Shown here: positions 1 through 9,000 of the stretch, piece by piece | Numbering within the stretch: position 1 is the first letter of the stretch | How the letters are laid out: every line of letters begins with the position of its first letter | NCBI GenBank assembly: GCA_965219955.1 | Contig: OZ244799.1 | Coordinates: 3,840,001-3,904,000 of the forward strand | Direction: 5' to 3' | Source of the DNA: a bacterium | GTDB taxonomy: Bacteria; UBA8248 | Length of the DNA stretch: 64,000 nucleotides | Program-made: the position numbers and the translations under genes | The notes under the pieces: model-generated | Seen by the model: only the letters and a program-made list of their open reading frames with translations | Databases searched by the model: none | Told to the model about the DNA's origin: nothing

Positions 1-478
1 AGTAGGTCTTCCCCTTGTAGCTCTGCTGCGCCAGGAGCCCTGAGTCGATGCCCGTGAAGTCGGGTTTCCCCTTGGCCATGTACGCATCGAGCGGCTGGAG
101 CGTGCCCGCGCCCACCGCGTCCGGAATGACGTAGGGGAAGTGGTTGATGACGTCGTACTGCCCCGTTTTCGCCACGGCTTCGGCCATGATCTTGGCGGGG
201 ATGTCTGTGTAGCCGTACTGGATGGAGCCCATCTCGACGCCGGTGAGCTTCTTCCACTCTCTCAGGTATTTCGGCTGGGAGTTCTTGAAGAGCGAAATCA
301 GAAGCATCGTCTGTTTCGGATTCTTCAGATTGTGCTTCTTGATGTACGCTTTCGCTCCGTTGATGGCGCGCTCCTCAACCGTCTTGCCGGGGTGCACCAT
401 CATGGCGGCGATGGCCGTTGAGGCCACGAAAACCGTGATGCCCATCAGAATCAGTGTTGCGAGAAAAATTCTTTTCAT
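1..478 (-). CDS. Carbohydrate-type ABC transporter substrate-binding protein (5' part; runs off window start)
   Basis: Manual translation MKRIFLATLILMGITVFVASTAIAA...EWKKLTGVE...GQYDVI...GTLQPLDAY; signal peptide; GGAGGAGG RBS; downstream of a MalK-like ATPase. Not in the ORF track because it has no stop in the window. Confidence 0.8.
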   Translation of the reverse strand, partial: MKRIFLATLILMGITVFVASTAIAAMMVHPGKTVEERAINGAKAYIKKHNLKNPKQTMLLISLFKNSQPKYLREWKKLTGVEMGSIQYGYTDIPAKIMAEAVAKTGQYDVINHFPYVIPDAVGAGTLQPLDAYMAKGKPDFTGIDSGLLAQQSYKGKTY

Positions 479-655
479 CTCGATTCCTCCTCCCTCCGTG
501 TTTGGTAAGGCGATAATTTGCTTCCGAATCGCCGAGGTCGAACACAAAAGCTCCAAGACCAGGTTGTTTCCATCTCCACCAACGTTTCAGCTTACGTATG
601 ATGCCGTAATTACCAGGTTCTTGTTTTTTCGCCCTGCCTGTTTCGTCGCGGGCTG

Positions 656-1729
656 TTATTCGAGCCTCACGCCGCTTTCGGCGTCGAAAAAGTGCATGCC
701 GCCCGGTTGAAAACCGAATCGGATTTGATCGCCTGGGCTGAACTCGCGCTCGGCGTCGACTTTGGCCACCAGAAATTCTTCATCGCCGCAGGAGAAGAAA
801 ACCAGCGTTTCGTCTCCCAGCGGTTCGATGAGCCTGACATCGGCGGCCGCGCCTTCATCCGCGATGCTCACGTTCTCGGAACGCACGCCGAGATTGATCG
901 CTTTGTCTATAGCGGAGTCGGGAACGGCGTCCGCCGCGAAGCTCATCTCGAAATGCTCGGAGACGAACTTGGGTGAGCCCCCGTTCTCGACGCGCCCCGG
1001 AATGATGTTCATCGTCGGCTGGCCGAAGAACGTGCCCACGAACTGGTTAGTCGGTTTTCTGTATATCCCGAGAGGAGTATCGATCTGCTGAACGTATCCG
1101 CGGTCCATGACCATAATGCGGTCCGCCATCGTCATGGCTTCGGCCTGATCGTGGGTGACGTAGACGAAAGTGGATTTCAATTCCTCGTGGAGACGCTTGA
1201 GCTCGGTGCGCATTTCGATGCGCAGCTTGGCGTCCAGACTGGAGAGCGGCTCGTCCATGAGCAGGACTTGCGGCTGGGTGATGATCGTTCGCGCCAGGGC
1301 CACCCGCTGCGCCTCGCCGCCTGAGCACTGGGCGGGCTTTTTGGATAGGAGGTGGGATATCTTCATGGTCGTGGCGACTTTGGAAACCCGCTCTTTCACT
1401 TCCGTGTCCACGGTCTTGTCCACGCGCAGACCGAAAGCGATGTTCTCGAAGACGGTCATGTGAGGGAACAGGGCGAGGTCCTGGAACACCATGCCCAGAC
1501 CGCGGTCGCCCGGTTCGAGGTGGTTCACCACGCGGTCGCCGATGAACATCGTGCCGCTCGTGGGTTCCTCGAATCCGGAGATCATGTTGAGCGTGGTGGT
1601 TTTTCCGCAGCCCGAAGGCCCGACCACCACCATGAACTCGCCATCGTTCACTTCGAGGTCAACGCCCGCGACGGCGGTGACGGTTTCACCAAATTTTTTC
1701 ACCAGGTTTTGGAGCGTAATGGAGGCCAC
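656..1729 (-). CDS. MalK/UgpC-type ABC ATP-binding protein
   Basis: Walker A GPSGCGKT, signature CSGGEAQR, Walker B LLMDEP, C-terminal TOBE-like region; GTG start at 1729 chosen from RBS. Confidence 0.93.
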   Translation of the reverse strand: MASITLQNLVKKFGETVTAVAGVDLEVNDGEFMVVVGPSGCGKTTTLNMISGFEEPTSGTMFIGDRVVNHLEPGDRGLGMVFQDLALFPHMTVFENIAFGLRVDKTVDTEVKERVSKVATTMKISHLLSKKPAQCSGGEAQRVALARTIITQPQVLLMDEPLSSLDAKLRIEMRTELKRLHEELKSTFVYVTHDQAEAMTMADRIMVMDRGYVQQIDTPLGIYRKPTNQFVGTFFGQPTMNIIPGRVENGGSPKFVSEHFEMSFAADAVPDSAIDKAINLGVRSENVSIADEGAAADVRLIEPLGDETLVFFSCGDEEFLVAKVDAEREFSPGDQIRFGFQPGGMHFFDAESGVRLE

Positions 1730-2103
1730 CGCAATCTTCCCCTTCAAATTCGATGGTCAACAGGCATCGCCACAAACCAAAGGGCAATGAACTGCTTTGT
1801 TGTATTTTTTGATCAACCCATTATGCACATGTTTGTTCTGATTTTCAAATTCTTCATGTTTTTCATATGTTTGTAAAGCCCAGGTTATGTTTGAGGGATT
1901 TAAGTTTCTCGTATTTTCTGATTTGGTTCATGGGCCGCTGCCCGGCCATTGATTTCTTGTCGCTTTGCCACCCAGGCTTAAACAACCGTGAACTCCGGGA
2001 TTCTTCCTTCAATTTCCCCATGTTGAATTTATTTGCAAAATTGATTAGTAGAACTAAGCATCGTTTCACCCGCATTGATGCCCGGATGATAATGGGGGCA
2101 ACG

Positions 2104-2796
2104 TTGGCTCAAAAAATTCTCATCGTAGAAGACGAGATCGACATTCGCGAACTTCTCACCTACAACCTCCAACTGGAGGGATTCGAGGTTGCAGGCGCGG
2201 CCAATGGCGAAGATGCCCTGGAAGCGCTCAAGAGCGAGCAGTTCCAACTGATTGTTCTCGATCTCATGCTTCCCGATATATCCGGTCTCGAGATTTGCCG
2301 TCATATCCGGCGGGATTCCGCGCTGAGCCGGCTGCCCGTCATCATGCTGACCGCCAAGGGAGAAGAGGTGGACCGCATCGTCGGCTTCGAGTTGGGCGCG
2401 GACGATTACGTGACCAAACCCTTCAATATCCGGGAGATGATCCTGCGGGTGAAGGCGGTGCTGGCGCGATCCAAGACGGCGCCGGCTGCGGGAAAACCAC
2501 TCAGGCGCGGACCGCTCACCATCGACCCCGAGCAATACGAAGCAATGGTGGATGGGCGCCAACTCACCTTGACGGCGACGGAATTCCGCCTTCTGCACCA
2601 CCTGGCCTCTCACCCGGGGCACGCCCGGAACCGCGACGAGTTGCTCGACGTCATCTGGGGAGAAGATAAATTCGTCACTCCCCGCACCGTGGACACGTAT
2701 ATCCGCCGCCTCCGGGAGAAGCTCGGCCCGGCGGGAGATATGATCCAGACGCTTCGAGGCGTGGGGTACCGGTTCAAGAAGATGTCCGAAGAGTAG
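2104..2796 (+). CDS. phoB: OmpR-family response regulator PhoB
   Basis: Receiver domain (ILIVEDE, LDLMLPD, GADDYVTKPF) plus wHTH (RTVDTYIRRLREK, IQTLRGVGY); upstream of phoR and pst. Start uncertain (2086/2092/2104). Confidence 0.9.
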   Translation: MAQKILIVEDEIDIRELLTYNLQLEGFEVAGAANGEDALEALKSEQFQLIVLDLMLPDISGLEICRHIRRDSALSRLPVIMLTAKGEEVDRIVGFELGADDYVTKPFNIREMILRVKAVLARSKTAPAAGKPLRRGPLTIDPEQYEAMVDGRQLTLTATEFRLLHHLASHPGHARNRDELLDVIWGEDKFVTPRTVDTYIRRLREKLGPAGDMIQTLRGVGYRFKKMSEE

Positions 2797-2827
2797 TCCT
2801 CCCTCGCCACCCGGAGGAAACCCGCAT

Positions 2828-4603
2828 ATGCGCAGGTCCTTCTACAAGAAACTGATGGCGAGTTATCTTGTCGTCATCACCGTGGTGTTCTCGGCGGGGA
2901 TGATTTACCTCCATTTCGGTCTCTCGGCCCAGTTGATGGAACAGGCGGAGGAGAACCTCGCCCGCAACGCGCGCCTGGCCCGCCGTCAACTGGTTTCCTC
3001 GATTTCGGCGAACCCGCAAAGTGACCGCATGAATGCAATCGCCGAGGAAATCGGCCGCGCGCTCGGCGTGCGGGTGACGGTCATATCCGCCTCGGGAGAG
3101 CTGCTCGCGGATTCCAGCTTCGCTCCCGGCGCGCCCGAGAGAGAGGAAAGCCGCGCCGACAGGCCCGAAGTCATCGCGGCGAAAGAGAAGAGGATAGGCT
3201 CCAGCGTCCGTCGCAGCCCGAGAGGCGAGGGAGACTTGCTCTATCTCGCTCTTTCGGTTGACGCGGGTCCCGTGTCGGGCGGCGTAATCCGGCTGGCCAT
3301 GAGCCTTCGGGAAATCGATGAGACCATCGCCGAGATGCGGGGACTTCTCCTGGTGGCCGGCGCTCTCGCGTTTCTGCTCGCCATCGCGGTCAGTTTCGGA
3401 GCCGGCGTTATCGTACGTCGAGGGTTCGATGAAATTTATAGATCCGTGCGGAAGATTTCCGGCGGCGACTTCAGTTACCGCATCGCTTCGAGACGGCAGG
3501 ATGAGTTGGGCGAATTCGCGCGGACCATGGACCAGCTCGCCTCGGAGGTGGAGGCCCGTCTCGATGAGCTGCGCAACGAGCGCGACAGGCTGGAAGCGAT
3601 TCTCGAGGGAATGACCGAGGGCGTCATGGTCACCAACGCCACGGGGGATATTCTCCTCGTAAACACCGCTTTCAGGGAGTTTTTTCCCTCGCTGCCCGAT
3701 TTCGAGAATGACGCGCCGGTTCCTCTCGAAGCCGTGCGCTCCACCGAGGTGCAGGAAGCCGTGCGGGATATGCTCTCTCGATCCACGTCCCGCATGGAGC
3801 GCGAGGTGGAAGTCCTGCCCGCGCGCACGCTGACCTTGCACGCCAAGCGGGCGAGGGCGGAGGGAGAATCGAATCTCGTCCTGGTGTTTCACGACGTCAC
3901 CGAGGTCAAGCGGCTCGCGGGAATACGACGGGAATTCACCGCCAACGTATCCCATGAGTTGCGCACGCCCTTGACGGCGATACAGTGGGCGGCCCAGACG
4001 CTCGAGGTGACTGCGCAATCCGACCCCGAAGCAACGCGCCGTTTCGCTTCCACCATAAACAGGCACGCCCGTCGCCTATCGGCCCTGGTCGAGGACCTGC
4101 TTGAACTCGGCAGGATAGAATCCAAGGAAGAGCACGTCCGGCCCGAGGAGGTTTCCATGCGAAACGCGATGGACTCGGTCGCCCACACGTTGGCTCCCGT
4201 AATCGGGAAGAGGGGCGTTCGACTGCATACGGAGATCTCTGATGAGGCGGATCACGTCCGGGCGGACCCCGCAGCCCTGGAACGGATTCTGATCAACCTG
4301 GCCGAAAACGGGGTGAATTACAGCTCCGAGGGCGGCGAAATCACCGTGTCCGGACACCTGCGTGAAGATGGCTTCGTCGAGGTTTCGGTGGCCGATCAGG
4401 GAGAGGGGGTCCCCCCCGAGCATCTTCCCCGTATTTTCGAGCGCTTCTACCGTGTGGATTCGGCCCGCTCCCGGGAGAACGGGGGCACCGGCCTGGGGCT
4501 TTCCATCGTGAAGCATCTCGTTCAGGAAATGGGCGGAGACGTCTGGGTCGACAGCACGCCGGGCCGGGGCTCCACCTTCCGCTTCACCGTTCCCAAGCCC
4601 TGA
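2828..4603 (+). CDS. phoR: Sensor histidine kinase PhoR (2 TM, HAMP, PAS, HisKA, HATPase)
   Basis: FTANVSHELRTPL H-box, NLAENGVNY N-box, FERFYRVD, GGTGLGLSIVKH; pho/pst context. Confidence 0.9.
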   Translation: MRRSFYKKLMASYLVVITVVFSAGMIYLHFGLSAQLMEQAEENLARNARLARRQLVSSISANPQSDRMNAIAEEIGRALGVRVTVISASGELLADSSFAPGAPEREESRADRPEVIAAKEKRIGSSVRRSPRGEGDLLYLALSVDAGPVSGGVIRLAMSLREIDETIAEMRGLLLVAGALAFLLAIAVSFGAGVIVRRGFDEIYRSVRKISGGDFSYRIASRRQDELGEFARTMDQLASEVEARLDELRNERDRLEAILEGMTEGVMVTNATGDILLVNTAFREFFPSLPDFENDAPVPLEAVRSTEVQEAVRDMLSRSTSRMEREVEVLPARTLTLHAKRARAEGESNLVLVFHDVTEVKRLAGIRREFTANVSHELRTPLTAIQWAAQTLEVTAQSDPEATRRFASTINRHARRLSALVEDLLELGRIESKEEHVRPEEVSMRNAMDSVAHTLAPVIGKRGVRLHTEISDEADHVRADPAALERILINLAENGVNYSSEGGEITVSGHLREDGFVEVSVADQGEGVPPEHLPRIFERFYRVDSARSRENGGTGLGLSIVKHLVQEMGGDVWVDSTPGRGSTFRFTVPKP

Positions 4604-4657
4604 GTGGGGCCGGCGCCTTCCTTTCGTTGGCGCCGGAGTCAAATCTGCTTCGTCAAG

Positions 4658-4878
4658 GGCGCCGCTGAAAAAGACCTTCTCCTCAGGGGATAAAGGCAAC
4701 CCCCCTACCCCCCCTTGTCAGGGGTCAAACGCGAGTGATGAACGAGCGTTTGCATAAGCCATTGACGAGAAACACATCGTCTTGCAAAACCTCCCTCTTC
4801 GGTCGGTTTTGACCCCTGACAAGGGGGGTAGGGGGGGTTGCTCCTTTGAGATGAGAGGGGGATTTTTTCAACGGCCCC
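4658..4878. mobile_element. MITE-like element, TIR family, cargo type A
   Basis: Ends GGCGCCGCTGAAAAAG / TTTTTTCAACGGCCCC; internal inverted arms 4696-4729 and 4808-4841; ~41-bp block near-identical to 27089-27130; no TSD seen. Confidence 0.7.
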
Positions 4879-4955
4879 TTCGGGGGCGGTTTTGAATCTT
4901 GCGCCCCTCGATGCGCGAAACGAAGCCGACATCCCGAAAAGTGGATTTGTCCGAA

Positions 4956-5011
4956 AAATCACTCGATTGCCATCCTTTCGTAACATTTCCAGCCTCTTTT
5001 TTCTCTATAGT
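4956..5011 (+). promoter_or_regulatory. Distal Pho-box-like promoter
   Basis: AAATCAC/TTGCCAT/TCGTAAC at 11-bp period, then 21 nt, then TATAGT (5006-5011). Confidence 0.5.
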
Positions 5012-5017
5012 CCACCT

Positions 5018-5105
5018 CGTTCGGAGAGCAATCGCGGGACGGAGCGTTTCTGCTCACGGTTGCGAATGCGCAGCCCCCTAAAGAGGCGATGAAGCTCTCC
5101 GAGCG
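5018..5105 (+). ncRNA. Candidate structured RNA (sRNA or leader), family not recognised
   Basis: 12-bp closing stem 5018-5029/5094-5105, inner stems and two hairpins with G-U pairs; begins 7 nt after a -10 box. Confidence 0.45.
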
Positions 5106-5198
5106 CAGATGCGAGCAGTCCATGGGGAATGTTTGGGAAGGTCAGGTAAAGATTCGCCTGTTTGTTTGTAAGGTGGGGAGCGTCCCGTGTCTCTGTAT

Positions 5199-5253
5199 GT
5201 TCACCATTTTGTCACGAAAATGTAACAAAGGCTTTCGTTTTTTCCTGTAGTTT
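5199..5253 (+). promoter_or_regulatory. Pho box and promoter of pstS
   Basis: GTTCAC(5199)/TGTCAC(5210)/TGTAAC(5221) at 11-bp spacing, matching PhoB TGTCA repeats; TAGTTT at 5248. Confidence 0.75.
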
Positions 5254-5279
5254 CAATCCACCCATAGGAGGAAGTGAGA

Positions 5280-6281
5280 ATGAGCAGGTTTTCCAAGATT
5301 TGCGGTTTGGCCTTCGCGGCTGCGATTTGCCTCGTGCTCCTTGCGCAGCCCGTCGGCGCGGCCCTGATGGTGGACAAGAAGTTGCCCGCCTACAAGGCCA
5401 CCAGCGGCGTTTCCGGGAACGTGAAGTCCGTCGGCTCGGATACGCTGAACAACCTCATGACGCTCTGGGCCGAAGGGTTCAGGCGTTCCTACCCGGACGT
5501 GAAGATCGAGATCGAGGGCAAAGGCTCCTCGACGGCTCCTCCCGCGCTCATCGCGGGCACCTCGAATTTCGGCCCGATGTCGCGCGCCATGAAATCGAAG
5601 GAAATGGACGCTTTCGAGAAGAAGTTCGGCTACAAGCCGGGCCGCATCCGCGTCGCCGTGGACGCCCTGGCCGTATTCACGAACAAGGACAACCCCCTCA
5701 AGTGCCTGAGCCTGCCGCAGGTCGACGCCATTTTCTCCAAGACCCGCAAGGGCGGTATGAAGTCTGACGTCGCCACGTGGGGCGACGTCGGCCTCAAGGG
5801 CATGTGGGCGAGCAAACCGATTTCCGTCTATGGCCGTAACTCGGCTTCCGGCACGTACGGCTACTTCAAGAAAGTGGCTCTCTATAAAGGCGACTACAAA
5901 GACTCCGTGAAAGAGCAGCCCGGCTCCTCGGCGGTGGTGCAGGGTGTGGCTTCCGACAAGTTCGCCCTCGGCTATTCGGGCATCGGCTACAAGACCGCAG
6001 ACGTGATTGCGCTTCCGGTGTCCAAAAAGACCGGCGGCAAATGCTACGGTCCCGAAGCGAAGAACGCCTATTCGGGCGACTACCCGATCGCTCGTTTCCT
6101 CTACATCTACGTCAACAAGAACCCGAACCAGGCGCTCGATCCCCTGAGAGCCCAGTTCGTTAAGTACATCTTCTCGAAGGAAGGTCAGCAGGCCGTCATC
6201 AAGGCCGGGTTTTTCCCGGTGAACGCGGCCATCGCGAAACTGGATCTCGGAGCCCTCGGCCTCGGGTTGGGCAGCAACTAG
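5280..6281 (+). CDS. pstS: Phosphate ABC transporter substrate-binding protein
   Basis: GSDTL, GKGSSTA, GPMSR, GRNSASGTY motifs; signal peptide; AGGAGG RBS. Confidence 0.95.
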   Translation: MSRFSKICGLAFAAAICLVLLAQPVGAALMVDKKLPAYKATSGVSGNVKSVGSDTLNNLMTLWAEGFRRSYPDVKIEIEGKGSSTAPPALIAGTSNFGPMSRAMKSKEMDAFEKKFGYKPGRIRVAVDALAVFTNKDNPLKCLSLPQVDAIFSKTRKGGMKSDVATWGDVGLKGMWASKPISVYGRNSASGTYGYFKKVALYKGDYKDSVKEQPGSSAVVQGVASDKFALGYSGIGYKTADVIALPVSKKTGGKCYGPEAKNAYSGDYPIARFLYIYVNKNPNQALDPLRAQFVKYIFSKEGQQAVIKAGFFPVNAAIAKLDLGALGLGLGSN

Positions 6282-6303
6282 TTTTTCCACGCAGCGCGGC
6301 GGT

Positions 6304-6345
6304 GGGGACGGCGGAGCGGATTCGTCGTCCCCCCGCTTTCATTTT
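6304..6345 (+). terminator. Hairpin/terminator after pstS
   Basis: GGGGACGGCGGA..TTCGTCGTCCCC followed by a T-rich tract. Confidence 0.55.
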
Positions 6346-6359
6346 TGAAAACGAGAGAT

Positions 6360-8993
6360 ATGAGCGAAAGCCGGGTATCAGACGCTGAGGATAAAAAACC
6401 GAGGAAGCCGGGCCGGATTCGCGATTTGAGGGCCAGGCAATCCGTCCGGATCATCGACAAGCTCGCCACCAACATCATCACCGTCGGCGGGCTTTTCGTG
6501 ATCCTGGCCGTGCTCGGAATCATGGCGTTTCTCGTCGCGGTGGCCTTGCCGCTGTTCGCCGGAGAAACGATAACCGGCTCGGGCGTCTTCCGGGTCGCCG
6601 CGCCCGGGAGCGCTCTCCTCAGCGTCGAGGTGGATGACTACAACACCATTGCCGTCCTGGTTTCGAAAGACGGCGTGCTGACGCCCGTGCACGCTTCGAC
6701 CGGAAAAACGCTCAGGCCGTTGAAACTCGATTTCGGGGGTACGCCGGCGAGCGCTTTCGGGCGAACGCTCAGGGGCGGAAACGTCGCTTTCGGCTTTCCG
6801 GATGGAACGGTCCGGTTCGGAAAGATCGTTTTCCGCACACAGGTGTTGCCCGCTGAAAGGGTTCCGAAGGGACTCACCAGAATCGACGAGCGTGATTTCA
6901 CCGACGGCAAGGTCGTCTATTCGCGGATTCCGGGCGGCCAGATGCGGAAAATCTGGGTGGAATCAGAAATCAAGGAACCGCAAGAGGTAGCGCCGCAAGG
7001 GACGCCCATCGTGAAACTCGACTACAAGGTGGGCGGGACTCCCGAACGTCCGAGCATCTCCTTCGCCACGGTGGACGCCGAGGGCGTGGCGCGCCTGAGC
7101 CTGACGGAGACGAAGGTCAATCTCCTGACGGGGCAGACCACTTCGTCCGTGGAGAGCGTGGTTCTGCCGAATTTGCCGCCGGGAACGCGCATCGTCGACA
7201 TTCTCCTCACGGAAAAGGCCGACAAGGTCTATATCGGCGTCGAGAATGGGTTTCTCCTTCGCTACGACACCAGGAACTTCGACGCCATTACGCTCGTGGA
7301 AAAAAGCGACCTGCTTCCCATGGATGAGAAGCTGACGGTGTTCAAGGCCCTCATCGGCGAGGAGTCCATCGTCGTGGGAGGCTCCAAAGGATATGCAGGC
7401 ATCTATTTCCAGGCGCGCCTGCCGGGCGCCGCCACCTCGGACGGGCTGGTGCTGGTGCGCGGACACGAACTGGAGAGACACGCCGCGGGTGTTTCGGGTT
7501 TTTCCACCTCCCAGCGAAGCCGGATGTTCGCCACGATGGATTCAGGCGGAGAAATCTGGCTTCGCCATGCCACGAGCGAGTCGACGCTGCTGCGCTTCAA
7601 GATGAAGGACATGACCGGTTCTGCGCGAAACATCCGCCTTTCCCCGCGCGATGACGCCATCGTCGCCACGGACGGGAAGGGCGTGGTGAATTTCTGGAAA
7701 TTCGAGGCGGAACACCCCGAGACGACCTTCCAGACCCTGTTCGGAAAAGTCTGGTACGAAGGCTATCCCAAACCCGAGTATACGTGGCAATCCTCCTCGG
7801 GAGACGATGCGTTCGAGGAGAAGATTTCCCTTATCCCCCTGATATTCGGGACCATCAAGGGAACAGTCTATTCCCTCATCTTCGCGATACCCATCGCGGT
7901 GCTGGGCGCCATTTTCACCTCCGAGTTCATCGGCCCGGAAGTGCGCTCCGTCGTGAAGCCCGCGATGGAGATGATGGCCTCGCTCCCCTCGGTGGTTCTC
8001 GGCTTCGTGGCCGCCCTGATTCTCGCGCCTATTGTGGAAACGTGGATTGCCGCGGTATTGCTCACGTTCATGCTGATCCCGTTTCTGTTGCTGCTCTCTG
8101 CCTATTTGTGGCAGGTGATGCCGCCGCGTGTCTCCCTCCCCTTGTCGGGATTTCCAAAGCTCGGTCTGGTGTTCTTCGTCATTATCCTGGGTTCATTGCT
8201 CGGCTATCTGATCGGGCCGGGATTCGAGAGGCTCTTGTTCGGCGGCGACTTCAAGGCCTGGGCGAACGGGAACATCGGCATTGCGACACCGATGCTTTTC
8301 ATCATTTTTTATCCCGCCTCATTCATACTCGTTGCTTTCCTGGCCGAGCGGTTTTTGGGGTATGAATGGAGACAAAAACTCAGACGGATGGATCATTCGC
8401 GGGGCGCGCTCTTCGAGCTTCTTCGCTGGGCCGGGATGCTGGTCGTCGCCGGCCTGCTGAGTTGGGTGACGGCCGTGGTGCTCACGGCGCTCGGCCTGGA
8501 TGCGCGCGGCGGGGTCATCGACACCTATGTCCAGCGCAACGCACTCGTCGTGGGCTTCGCAATGGGCTTCGCCGTCATCCCGCTCATCTACACCATCGCC
8601 GAGGACGCGCTCAACTCCGTGCCCAGCCATTTGAGAGCGGCGAGCCTCGCTTGCGGCGCCACGCCCTGGCAGACGGCGCTTTGGGTCATCCTGCCCACTG
8701 CGGCCAGCGGAATTTTCGCCGCCGTGATGATCGGCATGGGCCGCGCGGTGGGCGAAACGATGATCGTCGTCATGGCGGCGGGCAATACTCCGGTTCTGGA
8801 CTGGAACATTTTCTCGGGCCTCAGGGCGCTTTCTGCGAACATCGCGGTGGAGCTACCGGAAGCCGTTAAGGACGGAACGCTCTACCGGGTGCTGTTCCTG
8901 GCGGCCCTCGTCCTCTTCGCGATGACGTTCGTCGTCAATACGATTGCAGAGGTGGTTCGCCTGCGCTTCCGCAAGCGCGCCGCGCAGTTGTGA
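6360..8993 (+). CDS. pstC: Phosphate ABC permease PstC with large soluble (beta-propeller-like) insertion
   Basis: EMMASLPSVVLG, ASLACGATPWQT, GRAVGETMIV motifs; ~400-aa soluble region. Confidence 0.9.
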   Translation: MSESRVSDAEDKKPRKPGRIRDLRARQSVRIIDKLATNIITVGGLFVILAVLGIMAFLVAVALPLFAGETITGSGVFRVAAPGSALLSVEVDDYNTIAVLVSKDGVLTPVHASTGKTLRPLKLDFGGTPASAFGRTLRGGNVAFGFPDGTVRFGKIVFRTQVLPAERVPKGLTRIDERDFTDGKVVYSRIPGGQMRKIWVESEIKEPQEVAPQGTPIVKLDYKVGGTPERPSISFATVDAEGVARLSLTETKVNLLTGQTTSSVESVVLPNLPPGTRIVDILLTEKADKVYIGVENGFLLRYDTRNFDAITLVEKSDLLPMDEKLTVFKALIGEESIVVGGSKGYAGIYFQARLPGAATSDGLVLVRGHELERHAAGVSGFSTSQRSRMFATMDSGGEIWLRHATSESTLLRFKMKDMTGSARNIRLSPRDDAIVATDGKGVVNFWKFEAEHPETTFQTLFGKVWYEGYPKPEYTWQSSSGDDAFEEKISLIPLIFGTIKGTVYSLIFAIPIAVLGAIFTSEFIGPEVRSVVKPAMEMMASLPSVVLGFVAALILAPIVETWIAAVLLTFMLIPFLLLLSAYLWQVMPPRVSLPLSGFPKLGLVFFVIILGSLLGYLIGPGFERLLFGGDFKAWANGNIGIATPMLFIIFYPASFILVAFLAERFLGYEWRQKLRRMDHSRGALFELLRWAGMLVVAGLLSWVTAVVLTALGLDARGGVIDTYVQRNALVVGFAMGFAVIPLIYTIAEDALNSVPSHLRAASLACGATPWQTALWVILPTAASGIFAAVMIGMGRAVGETMIVVMAAGNTPVLDWNIFSGLRALSANIAVELPEAVKDGTLYRVLFLAALVLFAMTFVVNTIAEVVRLRFRKRAAQL

Positions 8994-9000
8994 GGATAGG

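Noticed and set aside
1867-2103. N-terminal extension of PhoB in the ORF track
   Set aside because: AT-rich divergent promoter region; the receiver domain starts near 2104.
4653-4883. Target-site duplications for the two cargo-A elements
   Set aside because: Flanks differ (TCAAG/TTCGG; CCAAG/TCTCT), so no TSD is claimed for these copies.
4705-4986. Short ORFs over the MITEs (also 38036-38497, 53341-53598 and the 27173 extension)
   Set aside because: Translations of palindromic repeats; the similarity between them reflects the DNA repeat.
5085-5125. GGCGATGAAGCTC resembling a fluoride riboswitch start
   Set aside because: The P1 complement and the downstream GCTnATGAC motif are missing; the bases are used in a different fold.
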